Made by a program: the position numbers and the translations under genes. A DNA stretch of 63,632 bases, filler included, from Basidiobolus ranarum (taxonomy: Eukaryota): NCBI GenBank assembly GCA_040143965.1. It is 10 parts of 10 records of this genome, joined end to end, with 100 filler letters (N's around TTAATTAATTAA, not from the genome) between each part and the next. Parts side by side here need not be neighbours in the genome. Positions count along the whole stretch, not along the records: positions 51,009 to 57,271 come from JASJQH010008236.1; positions 57,372 to 63,632 come from JASJQH010008237.1; 8 more parts are not named here. The stretch is one strand, 5' to 3'. Shown piece after piece: positions 51,950-63,632 of the stretch (its first letter is position 1; the number at the start of each line of letters is the position of its first letter). The notes under the pieces were generated by a model. That model was given only the letters and a program-made list of their open reading frames with translations. It was not told the DNA's origin and searched no databases.

Positions 51950-52348
51950 TCATCTATTAATACCCTTATTTCCCCGTCTGCCATACAAACCTCTCTCGTA
52001 TTCATCTTCTTCGTATTGACGACCATAGCGAGAGCGACCACGTCTTCGGTTTAAGCCTCTCTCGTATTCTTCTTCCTGGCCATCCTCTTCATACTGACGA
52101 CCATACCGAGAACGAGGGTAGTTCTTTTGTCCACGTCTGCCATTTAAACCTCTCTTGTATTCCTCCTCTTGCTCATCCTCTTCGTATTGACGGCTATAGC
52201 GAGAGCGAAAGTTATTTTGCTGACCACGTTTTTCGGGCCATCCTCTCTTGTATTGAGCTTCGCGTTGTTCTCTCTCCTGGTGACTGCCATGGCCCGAAAG
52301 GAGGTGATTTTGCTGGCTGTAGTTTCCAGGTTGATGATTATGAACCAT
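51950..52348 (-). CDS. Low-complexity R/E/Y/G repeat protein, 132 aa
   Basis: Three to four in-frame repeats of RSRYxRQYEED...EYxRGLxxRRG; indels between units are frame-preserving; TATATAA ~80 bp upstream. Confidence 0.65.
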   Translation of the reverse strand: MVHNHQPGNYSQQNHLLSGHGSHQEREQREAQYKRGWPEKRGQQNNFRSRYSRQYEEDEQEEEYKRGLNGRRGQKNYPRSRYGRQYEEDGQEEEYERGLNRRRGRSRYGRQYEEDEYERGLYGRRGNKGINR

Positions 52349-53289
52349 GTCAAAAGATTACTGTTTTTAGGTGTATTCATGAAAGTAATCGAATATGAGA
52401 ATATGAAGGTTTATTTGAAGGCTTATATAACCAAGATGTGGCTTATACAGTATTATACTTGAAAGCCAAGCCACCCAGTATAACGTCGAAATTGATGAAT
52501 ATTCGTAATTTCATATAATTTTTAAGATATCTCAATACAGTTTATTATTGAATTCGTCCGTAAGTTAATTCTAATAGCAAAAATTACCTTAATGTGCTAA
52601 CAACCAATAATCTCCTGTTACTAAGCCACCATACTCATTAGGGTTTACATTAAGTACCAAAGGCAACTCTACTACATTCACTATGAATCCATTTACTATT
52701 CATCCGAAAGTAAATTGACGTTGCTCTGGTGAGAATATCACATATTTCCTCCACCTTCTTCAGCGTCAAAGTCTATTCCTCTATATTATTGTGAATCAAC
52801 AATCTTTAGACTCATTGAATTTAGTAATTTTCATTCATGAAGAGAATTTGATTAGCGTCGGTAGGGAATGCAAATACATGCATACTGCTAGTAAAGAGTA
52901 TCAGAATTTTTGTATATATTACGGATAGAATCCAACAAGACATTGAGACTAATATTATTCTGCAGACTGATAGAATAATCAACAAAATCTCAAACTTGTA
53001 GTTTATTCATGGACAGTCTATGTGGGTAGCGAGATTTATAGACTTATTTTTTTCTACTACTACTTCTGAATGGATTTAAATTGCTGGCAGAATATCTAAC
53101 TAACTAAGAAACACGCAGGTGATGACGGTAGACATAGTGCTACCACTACAAATATTTTAGAGATATAGGAATATCTCATATGCATAAAATTTGCTGGTCA
53201 GTTTTTTGGTGGCTTGGAATACAATTTGTTAGCACTATACAGGCTATGATATGTATTCAAGATTACAACCAAGCAATGATGAGGATTAT

Positions 53290-54020
53290 AACATTCTAAG
53301 ATCGCCAGTATTACCAATACCTGCCAACACTACACCAAATTTTGGTTGGGCGCGTTTGATATCCAGTAGATACCCACAGATTATCTGATGGCATGTTTAA
53401 CCGTAAAGAATCAGCTAGCAAGTAGACTTAGGCATATTTAATGACCAAGTATCTTACAACTTATACTTTAACTAGGCACCAAAAACAACAAAGTAACTGA
53501 CCATCCACATTGCAGTAGGGTGTATCTTATAGCAAGTAACTATCCGCACACAGGACTGGAGGCATATTTAATAGTTAAATATCTTACGATACAACATCAA
53601 CGTAACTAGTCACTCATACTGTGACTACATGTGCTTCATAGCCAGTAGCTTTTCATACATAGTGCTACGTGATACGTTTGACGATAGAAAACAATTAGTG
53701 TGTAGACATGCTAATCTAATATCCAAATATATTGTCATCGTACATATTTTGATTAGGCGCTTAGGATAATCAAGTACTAACCACCCACATTGTGGGTAGG
53801 CGTATATTATAGCAGGTAACTATCCACGCAAAGTACTTTGTGACGCGTTAAACGATAAAGAATTAACCAGTAAGTAAACTTGAGAATATCTCATAGCCAG
53901 GTCACATTTTGATTAAACGGCTAAAATAGTCAAACATCTAGCTACACACATTGTGGTTGGGCGTGCTCGGTTGCCAGTAACTAACCACAAGTAGTACGAC
54001 ATGGCACCTATGACAACTAC
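53290..54020. repeat. Degenerate tandem array, about five units of ~110-170 bp
   Basis: Recurring CCAYCCACATTG...GGYGT...GCMAGTAACTAWCC core near 53330, 53500, 53610, 53780 and 53940. Confidence 0.7.
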
Positions 54021-54419
54021 AAGGCGAGTAAACTTTAATGGTCATATTACGTAAGCTTTTTCTTGAGAATGTTATATAAAGAGGCCCATTTTCACTATTC
54101 CAAGCAATTATAACATCTTGACTTACTCAAAACAACTTTAAACAAGCGTTGACTCCTCATTTACGTGAATGAATAAATGTGTTTTATCAGTTGTAGCAAA
54201 AGACTCTTGCGGTAATTACTTTTATGCCACTTGCCAATTGATACTTCTTTGCTACATTATTAAGATGATTAGAGCAAACAAATTTTACTCCATCAAGTTA
54301 GACTTTCTTAAAATCTTCTACTTTCCTAGGTACTAACGGTTGATTTTAACCACGTTTTTGGCTAATGCACATCTCATATATCTATTGTACACGGATAAAA
54401 CATTCGGGCTACAAACGCA

Positions 54420-54632
54420 TTAGGCTATTTTGGTTAAGCCTGCTTCTTTGAAATTTGCCGCCAAGCTGATACAATCGGAGGATAAGGCTCGATCTAATTC
54501 ACTTTCAACAGTACCGACAACCTTCTTGAAGTAGCCAAATGCCTCAAAAATATTGGTAACAGGATTTGGATTCCGATCAGCGAATGAAGAACCGATAACT
54601 ATAACCAGAGTTACGTAAGTTAATAAACGCAT
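54420..54632 (-). CDS. Putative small secreted protein (70 aa), possibly truncated by a premature stop
   Basis: Signal-peptide-like MRLLTYVTLVIVIGSSFA; the frame continues past TAA with CVCSPNVLSVYNRYMRCA. Confidence 0.45.
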   Translation of the reverse strand: MRLLTYVTLVIVIGSSFADRNPNPVTNIFEAFGYFKKVVGTVESELDRALSSDCISLAANFKEAGLTKIA

Positions 54633-56309
54633 GGGTGATTTAAAATTCAAGGCTTACCGAAGGATAATGTGGATTAAGGAAAAGTATGAAGTGGTTAGGA
54701 AATGTGAAAATCAATAACATTTGTGACTGGATTCGAAGTACTTGTAACAAGTCGCATAAATGACTAAATGCTCGATAAAGGATGTAATTTCTAATTAGAT
54801 ACACCAGCACTGTCATGGGAGCTTACCTTCACCTCTCACTTGAGAGTTTAGATGAGCTATCAGGTACGGTACTAAAAGAAAAAGCCAAGTGCAGCAATGC
54901 ATGGGCTAAATGAAGTGGCAAGTGATAATAATCAAGCTAATAACTATACTTTCTTTTATTTATCGCCGCCAACTATACACTGTAACTATACACCTGTTAT
55001 TAATCATGTATTATGAAAATTTGGTTTTTGTTCTGAGTCAAACATGTTGGGAATGAAGTTGATCTCATATTAAAACATTAGTTGGTAGGAATATATGGAA
55101 GATAAATTGCAGAAGTGCCGCATCATCTGGATACTTCAAGTTTAGCGTAGTTTATTTGATTTTTAACCACGCCATCTATGTATCAATTACCTTTAGAACA
55201 GTTGTGAGGCCCCAAAAGGGAAGGTATATATGCAAGATGGAGTCCAGCTTTGTGGAAGAGTACACAAAGAGCTAAATATTGGTTAAGGAGAAAGGTAAAA
55301 CTTAATTGATCGCTATTCATTTACTTCTTCAACTTGATTCTCAAAATATTTAACCATTCAATACAGGTTACTTGCACACGGAATTTTCAAGAATCATTTG
55401 GCCGAGTTCAAGTAAATATCCAGGAAGCTAATGTATAAGAAGTAGTAATCATAATTGAACAAGAAATACCCCGATATCTACATCATCTAGATTGCTCAAA
55501 AAATGGTTCTTAGTCTCAAAGTATTAACTTCATTATCGATGAGGGTTTTGGAACTTAAGTTGACATGTTGACAAGATATATCAAGTATAAGCATCAACGT
55601 AACCAGGAGGTTGCTGATTCGCAGTAAGGTGATTGTGTGTTCTCAATGAAATTTGGCATTGCCTATAATGGACCCAGGATTAGAAGAGAATGTAATCCGA
55701 TCGTGCGGCTCATCGGGAAAGACAAAAAGCATAGGACAGTGAGATTTTTCAATGCCAATAGTATCCAAGTGGTATTGCTGAATGGCAAAAGTCAATGCAG
55801 CGTTCTGACTCTCGATACGGCTAAATCATGGCTTGTTTTGTGAGTCATGGTTTCGTACTTGAAATAATAAATCGTATGCATTTATAGCATGTATATTGGC
55901 ACATCGTAAAAACCATGAAAGATAAATGAAATTCACGGACTGTACCAACAAAAATCCAAGAATTTTACGGAAAAACAAACAATTTGCTAGTTTCTGGTAT
56001 TCATTGAGCAGGCTTTGATGGATTTAAAATACTGCTTATTTCCAATTTCGTATACATTTTCAAGATGTAGTTCTTTGAATGGTTCTTTTGTTTCACAAAA
56101 GAAAGACCCAACTTCACTAGATGTAGCACAATATGCGACGAACAGGTCTTTGAGCATCACCTCGAATGATCTTGGAATATTATAAATAGTTATTTTCTGA
56201 ATGGTATTTCCGTGAACAATCTCATCTGCTGTTGCCACAAATCTCCTTCAATAATCTCATCTGTTACTACCACAAATTGATTTGGTGTGTGCTATACCGT
56301 AAGTTCAAT

Positions 56310-56777
56310 ATGCAAAAAGAGACAGAAAGATTGCTACCACAATATTCCGCTAATGTGGGAGAATACAATACTCTCCCGAGAGAGGGTCCCCCCCAAACGA
56401 GCTCTGTATGTTCGTATTCCGACATGTTGGCAGAGATTCAACAAGAAATTGATGACTTAATTAATCTATCCTCACTGGTGAAGTCAGAGCTGCAATTCCT
56501 GACCCCGGAACAACTAAATCTACTGAGAAAGTTAGAGTATCAATTCAATTACATCCCAGGAATTAACCAAACTGTCGAGTTATCAATTGTTGTAATCTAT
56601 CAAAGAATTTGCAGCTTACAGGAACAGAAGCGTACTCTTCAGGGTCAATTTGCTGCTTGCACTGCCAAAGGGGAACTCAGATTAAAATACATCAAGGCCT
56701 TTTCAGACAATTATCGCTTAATTGTCCCTATAATTGGTATGATCTATTTTGTTTTCCTTATAGGTCACTCTCAATAA
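56310..56777 (+). CDS. Hypothetical coiled-coil, tail-anchored protein, 155 aa
   Basis: Heptad-like LAEIQQEIDDLINL and ICSLQEQKRTLQGQ; single C-terminal hydrophobic helix LIVPIIGMIYFVFLIG. Confidence 0.55.
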   Translation: MQKETERLLPQYSANVGEYNTLPREGPPQTSSVCSYSDMLAEIQQEIDDLINLSSLVKSELQFLTPEQLNLLRKLEYQFNYIPGINQTVELSIVVIYQRICSLQEQKRTLQGQFAACTAKGELRLKYIKAFSDNYRLIVPIIGMIYFVFLIGHSQ

Positions 56778-56992
56778 ATTTCTAATGATTGTCATCTTGG
56801 GTGAATAAAATCAGTTAATGTACCTTCAAGTTCAAAGAGTATCAGGGGCAATGAAGGGAAGTGGATGCATTGATCTGGTATTTAGCACAGATGAAAAGTA
56901 CCAAGTGGCGTGAACTTTGTTTAGCTTAAGGGTTAGAGGGGATGAAAAGCACCTAGTGGTATGAACCTTATTTAGCTTATGTACTAATCTAA

Positions 56993-57271
56993 ACCCTAAC
57001 AGAAATTTGAGGATTGTTATTCTAGGAAAACCATCACAATTTTAATCCATTTGGGATTGACCATTTACTTACTGTCATAAAATTGTCAAGTTAGATTTGA
57101 TTTTAATCAATTTTTTCAGTTTCAGGAATGAAATTTTAAGATCTCTCAAAATAGTTGCACATGATTGGCTACAATCTCAGAGAACTATGGATCAACACAT
57201 GTGCAAAAAACGTAACTCAAATTTTACACAATTACCACTTGAATGCTAATTTGTCACCTTCAAAATCCCTA
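56993..57271 (+). repeat. Dispersed repeat, probable DNA-transposon terminus (same family as 31900-32103)
   Basis: About 200-bp reverse-complement match; several CpG sites of the other copy are TG/CA here. Confidence 0.75.
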
Positions 57272-57371
57272 NNNNNNNNNNNNNNNNNNNNNNNNNNNNN
57301 NNNNNNNNNNNNNNNTTAATTAATTAANNNNNNNNNNNNNNNNNNNNNNNNNNNNNNNNNNNNNNNNNNNN

Positions 57372-57916
57372 ACCTCACCAAATCCTGCCGGTAGCGGGAG
57401 TTGATCCATATCCGAGCAATCACTCAATGGTGTATCAAGTATAGGATTCTCTTTTGAGGAAATAGAAACCTCTCGAATATTTCTCGAAAAATTCCCATTT
57501 TCCAATCTATTTGAATCGAATGAAATTTTATCCATAGAAGACTTCCTTAAAGGAAGTGAAGGGTTTTGAGTGATATTCTCCAATTTTCTTTTCTTTTCTT
57601 TCACTTCTAAAGTGGAGTATTTCCAGTCACTCAATGGAGGAACTTCTTGGTCGCTTATTCGTTTCACTGGAGTAAAATTGGACTTTTCTGAATTTGAGTT
57701 TTCTTCGGTTTTTATCTCGTTTTGGGGAGAGGAAGAGTCAGTATAGGTAAATAAAGTTTCTTTAGTAAACTCAGGTTCCACTTTGATATCTTTCATATCT
57801 AACGAAGTGGCTTTCACGTTATTCAGATGATTAGAAACGGAGGCAAAGTTTACAAGGATGGACGGAGTAACTTTGGCAGGAGGTAATATACGTTCCTTAT
57901 GTGTGAGTTCCATCAA
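57372..57916 (-). CDS. Hypothetical protein, disordered N-terminal part (cut by contig edge)
   Basis: About 181 open codons from ATG ATG; S/E/K-rich with NLS-like KEKKRK; pyrimidine-rich leader. Confidence 0.7.
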
Positions 57917-58555
57917 AATGAGGAAAAAAAGGAAAGGAAAATTGTGTATGTATGTTTGAGTGTGGTATGGTATACAAAAACTATACTATGGAAGCTTTGG
58001 CGTAAATTCAAGTGAATTTTTAATAAATTTTTGAAGAAAAGGAGAATGAACAAGAAAAAGGTTGAAAGTTATATGAAAAAAAGGTGGCTGAGAAATTTAC
58101 CACCATAAATTAGATTTCATACGAGTCAATTTTAATCTCCCCTAACCCTATTTCTGATGGTGAATGATCTCTCCTCAAATGGGATGTTTATGAGCCAATG
58201 ATGTACTCTTTAGTAGCATATCCTAGTGAGATTCTTACTTGACACATTCACCGTTTCTTCAGGGTTTCTTCAGGGTTTCTTCAGGGTCCATTATTCTCGA
58301 AATGAGGCTTATTTCTAGTTCGGAGAATTTTTGACACCCCGATAGTTTGAGTTACAAGGCTCTTAATCTTAATTTCACTCCTGTCCCTTTTAAGAACCAC
58401 TTTTCCATCTAAACTGTCACAGGGACACTGTCTAACACGGTTACAAATAAGCACCGTTCTATCGCCAAATACGCGGAACATTATACTCTCTTCTAGTGCG
58501 AGACAGAGTGGATATTTATTCGTGGGTATAAAGTGAACTATACTGGGAATGAGGA

Positions 58556-59527
58556 CTATTTGGATAGAAACGTAGCGATTGTCAGTAAACTTATGATACA
58601 CCAAGCAGAGGTTACTGAGTGAGATGCGCGATTTTCCTCTGCCATAGAACGGGGTCTTAATACTGCATCAACAATGTGTATGACCCCATTATTGGTTAGT
58701 ATATTTAGCGTCACCAGATTGGCATTATTGACAGTTATTGTAGTATCGGTATTTTTTATGATTAGACTCGCTCCATGTAGGCTTGGCAAGGTTCCATTCT
58801 TGAGATTCACAGAATAGCCGATGGTAGAGGTAACAATATGATATTTCAACATATCTGCCAGTGCCGTACCTTTGGGTCTAATCTCATCAAGTACTTTGAG
58901 TGCTTCATTAGTGGGGGCAAAGATGGTGACCCCTTTAAGCTTGTCTAGGATGTTGGTAAAGTTACTTTTCTTCATTAGGTCGAGTAAGCTCGTTAGATTG
59001 GCGATCTTCATCATCTCACTGGCACTGATAGGAGGGGATAGTATTTGATCCACGATGTGAACCATACCATTGGACACTTCCATATCAGCCTCAACTATTT
59101 GAACATTCTTTATCCCATTCGATACAAAGATCCCTTGTGCATTCTTCCGAACATCTAACACTTGGGGCTTATTTTCTGGTAGATTTACCAACAAGCCGTC
59201 ATTCAGCAGAGTGGAGGGGAATTGAAGGGGCTTTAGAGTGGTAGAATTCAATTCCCCTCGGATCATGTGATATTTCAGAAGGTTGATGAATTTGGCTGAA
59301 TCAGCGCTAGTAATATTAGCCTCTTGGAAAGCCTTGTCAGATGGAGCAAATAGGGTATACTCATTTATATTGGAAAGTAGGCCCTGGAAGCCATCCGAGT
59401 TAGTAATTATAGATCGAAGCGTAGAGAGTTGCTTATTCTCTTTGATGGTGGTGAGTAGAGGTTGTGCACTATTGGTACCCGAAATACACACCAATGCAAG
59501 AATCAAGACACAGTATAGGTAGTTCAT
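58556..59527 (-). CDS. Secreted/GPI-type fasciclin protein with two FAS1 domains, intronless
   Basis: Signal peptide MNYLYCVLILALVCISGTNSA; TLFAPSDKAF/LLKYHMI/SNGMVHIVDQIL and TIFAPTNEAL/MLKYHIV/NNGVIHIVDAVL; hydrophobic C-terminal tail. Confidence 0.93.
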   Translation of the reverse strand: MNYLYCVLILALVCISGTNSAQPLLTTIKENKQLSTLRSIITNSDGFQGLLSNINEYTLFAPSDKAFQEANITSADSAKFINLLKYHMIRGELNSTTLKPLQFPSTLLNDGLLVNLPENKPQVLDVRKNAQGIFVSNGIKNVQIVEADMEVSNGMVHIVDQILSPPISASEMMKIANLTSLLDLMKKSNFTNILDKLKGVTIFAPTNEALKVLDEIRPKGTALADMLKYHIVTSTIGYSVNLKNGTLPSLHGASLIIKNTDTTITVNNANLVTLNILTNNGVIHIVDAVLRPRSMAEENRASHSVTSAWCIISLLTIATFLSK

Positions 59528-62194
59528 TAGAGAATAGTACTGGTGGAGATTTATGTTATATATAAATAGGATTTGGCAACAACTCATGTACGATTAACAG
59601 TCAAATAAGCAGTTATGTTAGTGAATTATGCAAAGATGGTTTAGTCGTGTTATGTTACGCCATCATGCACCTACACTAACCTCAGAATTTTACATAGCTT
59701 ATGAACAATATTGGCCTCTACTATTTTTGAAGTAATAATTGATTGAAATGGGTAAAATTCGGCCGCAAGAAATAACCATAAAGAAACAGGTGTCTAGTGT
59801 ATTCTAATGCGTATAAACATGATGAATCAAATAATTCGGCTCGGTCGAGAGTTATCCCAATTATTACTATTTGATTCAATAATTACTCAGATTGATTAGG
59901 TTCTAGAACACCAATCCCCGAGAGTTTAGACATTTCTAATCTTGGAAGGCGTTTGGATTTCTATGCCGGATTCCTAATTTTGCTGCCGGGTTGGGTGGTC
60001 AGCTCCCATGAATCACTTGTGAGTCAAAATGTAGGAAGCATCACTAATAAATGATAATGGTGTAACTATTGGATGATTTGCTAATTAGTTCTAGAGCTTC
60101 GTACATATCTAGCCAGCCCAGGTTAGTGTTTCACCAACTCGGATGTCCCGGTCTCAGAGGAGAGCTAGATCATTGCTGATCTCTGTGCATTTCCATCAGT
60201 CACGCTCAATACATATCATATTGAGTAAATCAAGTCGCATTAATATCAGTTACCGAAAATGGTTTGTCAAGTCATATAAAACCATCTTATCCCTGCCTTT
60301 CCTTTCCAACAAACAATAATCCTCCACTTTTCTTGAAGTCTATTCTGACAAAGTAACCATGGATCTCAACTGGTGTATCATCTGTGATAAACATATCGAC
60401 TCTGAGGTAAATTATCCAAGCCTAACCTTAATCCTGTTAACTAGAGTATTCACTAAATTTCTTTGTTGATAATAGGGTGACCTATATTGTAGTCAGAGCT
60501 GTAAATCTAAAGATACCGCTAGCTTCAAACTCAGTATTCCTGACTATGAACTTCATCCAGGATCTCCCAAAGTTCGCAGACATAGTACTATCACTTTCGC
60601 GGTGCCATTCATACACAATAGACATGAGCATGTCAGTGCAGCGTCTTCCCTATCTTCAACGCATTCACAACTTGCTTTGACTCCACCTGACCTTAATATA
60701 CGTGGGAATGAATATTGCGGAAATAAGAAAATATTGGAGCAACCCCTCTTCTTTACATCGACAACTTGTAGAGTATAAGCATCACTATACCAATCGACCT
60801 CAAGGTTCCGACATTTCCTCTATAATATAATTCAAATGGCAACCTTATGCATTCACCATTGTAAGCAAAAAACGGCTCTTCATCCACTTCAAAATTGTAT
60901 ATATTCCCCTCTCGGATATTCTCATTTTCATAACAAAGAGCCTCACTTCTCTCCCATGAAGAGCCCATCGATTAGTACAAATGTAGTTCACAAAATTCAA
61001 GTCTCTGTAATTAATATCGCAACTTCTATATAAAAGTAATCTCCAGTTTTTACTACAAAAAGTCAACCAATTTGAGAATCTCTCTTCTATTATCCAGTTA
61101 TTGTTGATTCCGCTGAGACTATCAAATAGCACATCAAAGCATGGATGGCGTAGTATGATATAGATTGATTTGACAATACGAATATCTAGTTTAGATCTGA
61201 GATGTAACTTATCTGAGACTCTGCGGAAGATGAATCTGAGAAGTAGAACATGAGTGTAACGTCAATTGACTTCTTGTTTCGTTGCTTACAGAACAATCAT
61301 CCATATACTTGATGACACAAGTACTAGGATAAGACACGACGAGTAAATTATCATTAGATCTATACTTGTCTAGAACCTTTAGTCTTGGTAATGATTAAAT
61401 AGATGACTAGGTGGCGGCGACAAAAACTAATACACCCTCATAGGTACAATCTGACCTTCATCCCAGAACTTCCATCGTGAATATCCTTTATCCATAGTTC
61501 CATGTGGTGTTGTAAACACCCAAATGAAAATGAGAAATAATCAGCATATTCTAGGACTTAACGTGTATAGTTTGTTTGTCATGATAAACAAGACTTGGCC
61601 AATTTTAATGAATAAAGTTAAACCAAACACTATCTACATGCTTTCTACTATGCATTAACAATAATAAGGATTCCCTTCCTTTCATGGTAAGTAACAATCC
61701 ACTGGCAATCAAATATAGACTGCTTTTGAAAGTGACTGAGCGGATCATCGGATGATGTGGAGTCTATATATCTCATATGATTGGAGATGAGCTAACAATA
61801 ATATCTTTGCGTTTCTTTTGCTGCTTAATGCTCTGTAGTAGGCATACTTGTATCTAAGCCAAGTAATGAAAGCCATAGCCAATCACACAAACCAGTGTCT
61901 GATGAAATCCGCAGGTAAATATTTGATGAAACCTGCAGGTAACTCAGGAATCTCGTGATGCTTACTGGTTGGTTAGATAGATAGGAGTAAGTCATCGAGG
62001 CGGAGTATCTTATGAAAGCGGAGTAAATGATGTTAAAGTGAAATATATCACCAATTGACATTTAAGATGAATAATATGAAACGTCAAATAACTCGTTTAA
62101 AGTTGTTCAGCGTTAAGCAATAATTGCATATAAATTGACGATTGAGTATTGGATTCAACAATTAACAATTACTTAGTTCCGTTTCAACTTCTCT

Positions 62195-63632
62195 ATGATC
62201 GAAATCATCATTATCATCGGATTATCAGTAGTCCTTTGGAGTTGGCTGACCAATCCAATCAAAAACTACAACTCTCCAAATTGGTTACCAGTACTAGGAA
62301 ATACTATCGAGTTACTGAGGAACAAAGACACTTTCGTTGACTGGATAACAGAAGTAAGTGAAAAGTTCGATGGTCAACCATGGGCGATAAAAGCTCCGTT
62401 TCAACCAGTTCAAATCATATCCAACGATCCTCAAACATTGCAATATATTCTCAAAGATAACTTCAATAACTTTGTCAAAGGCGCGACCTTTCACGATATC
62501 CTTGAGCCATTACTGGTAAGTGGTGATACAAACGATCAAGATAGCCAGTGATTAAGCTAATTCTCTCTTTGTAGGGGGATGGAATCTTTAATGCCGATGG
62601 CGAGGTGTGGCAAATGCAACGTAAAAAAACCAGTCGCATTTTTACGGGAAGAAATTTCCGGGATTTTATCAGTAAAGTGTCTTTTGAGGAAGCAAGCAAA
62701 CTTCATCAGTATCTTGGTGAAGTGGCTAAGAACAAAGGGAATGTTGATGTACATGACGTATTCCATCGTTTGACTATGGACGCATTTTGTAGGATTGCTT
62801 TCGGCTATAACATGGACTCATTAACTACAACGGAGACGCCTCCATTTGCGCTGGCATTCAATCGAATCCAGTCTTCATTGGCACAGCGAATGATCAATCC
62901 GTTCTGGAAAATCACAGAGTTGTTGAATGGAGACAGAAAACAACTTAACGCGGACATAAGCTTAGCAGACGAGCAAATATACAACATCATCAATAAGAGG
63001 AGGAACAACTCAAGCAAGGAGGAGTATAATGACCTACTTTCCATTTACCTGAGTGTATCTGAAGAAACCCATGGACAAGATGATAAGTTTTTACGTGATA
63101 TGATTATGAATATCATGTTGGCTGGAAGAGACACAACTGGACAGGTAAAAGCACCAACCAGCATTGGCTACATATTACTTTACTTACTGTATTATATATA
63201 AATACATATAGGCTCTATCCTATACATTGTATTGTTTGTTGGAGCATCCAGAAAAACTTGAGAGGCTCAGAGAGGAGATAAGATCCAAACCGAAGATGAC
63301 TGCCAATTCAGATCTCTCTAATGTGGTTTCGGAATATCCTTATGTCCATGCCGTATTCAAAGAGGCTTTGAGACTCTTCCCTTCAGTCCCTACTAACATG
63401 AAAGAGTGCGTACGTGATTGTGTTCTGCCTGACGGGACTGTGATCAAAAAAGGATGGACAGTCGGTTGGTCCACCTTGGTTGTATCGAGCATGAAATCTA
63501 CATGGGGAGAAGATGCTGAAAAATTCAAGCCCGAAAGATGGATAGCTGAGAATGAAAAGGGTGAGAAGCACGTTATACAGGTATCTCAGTTCAAGTATCC
63601 AGTATTCCACGCTGGACCCAGGTAAAGTAACG
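62195..63632 (+). CDS. Cytochrome P450 (CYP52/CYP86/CYP704-like fatty-acid hydroxylase type), 3' end cut
   Basis: N-terminal anchor, GDGIFNADGEVWQMQRK, MLAGRDTT, EALRLFPSVP, FKPERW, and FHAGPR followed by an intron donor. Confidence 0.94.

Noticed and set aside
58139-58152. CCCTAACCCTA telomere-like motif, and the nearby 11-bp x3 repeat at ~58253-58287
   Set aside because: Too short, internal, and with no supporting context.
60400-61140. Overlapping short ORFs suggesting a hidden gene
   Set aside because: No recognisable motif or consistent splice structure.

Overview
Eukaryotic DNA from an intron-containing fungus with short (~55-90 nt) introns, most likely an early-diverging lineage (Zoopagomycota/Mucoromycota; Basidiobolus-like is an inference). 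The window is not one locus. It is ten separate ~6.3-kb contigs sorted by decreasing length (6284 to 6261 bp), joined by nine artificial 100-bp spacers (N44-TTAATTAATTAA-N44), so gene neighbourhood across spacers is meaningless. It holds about 25 genes or gene fragments: NCS2 purine permease, tandem PHO89, PP2A-B55/CDC55, dynactin p62, CsbD-like, BUD23, RIB3, PP4c, TRM2, a type I membrane protein, RGS/Rax1-like, 5'-nucleotidase, nitrobindin, MFSD1-like, TTP-type CCCH, fasciclin, a P450 and others. There are also two probable pseudogenes and nested, CpG-depleted Ty1/Copia remnants with a ~345-bp LTR family. The most notable biological signal is three minor-spliceosome (U12-type) introns: two GT-AG ones in the PP2A-B55 gene, and one AT-AC intron that splits the transmembrane helix of an apparently lineage-specific surface protein.
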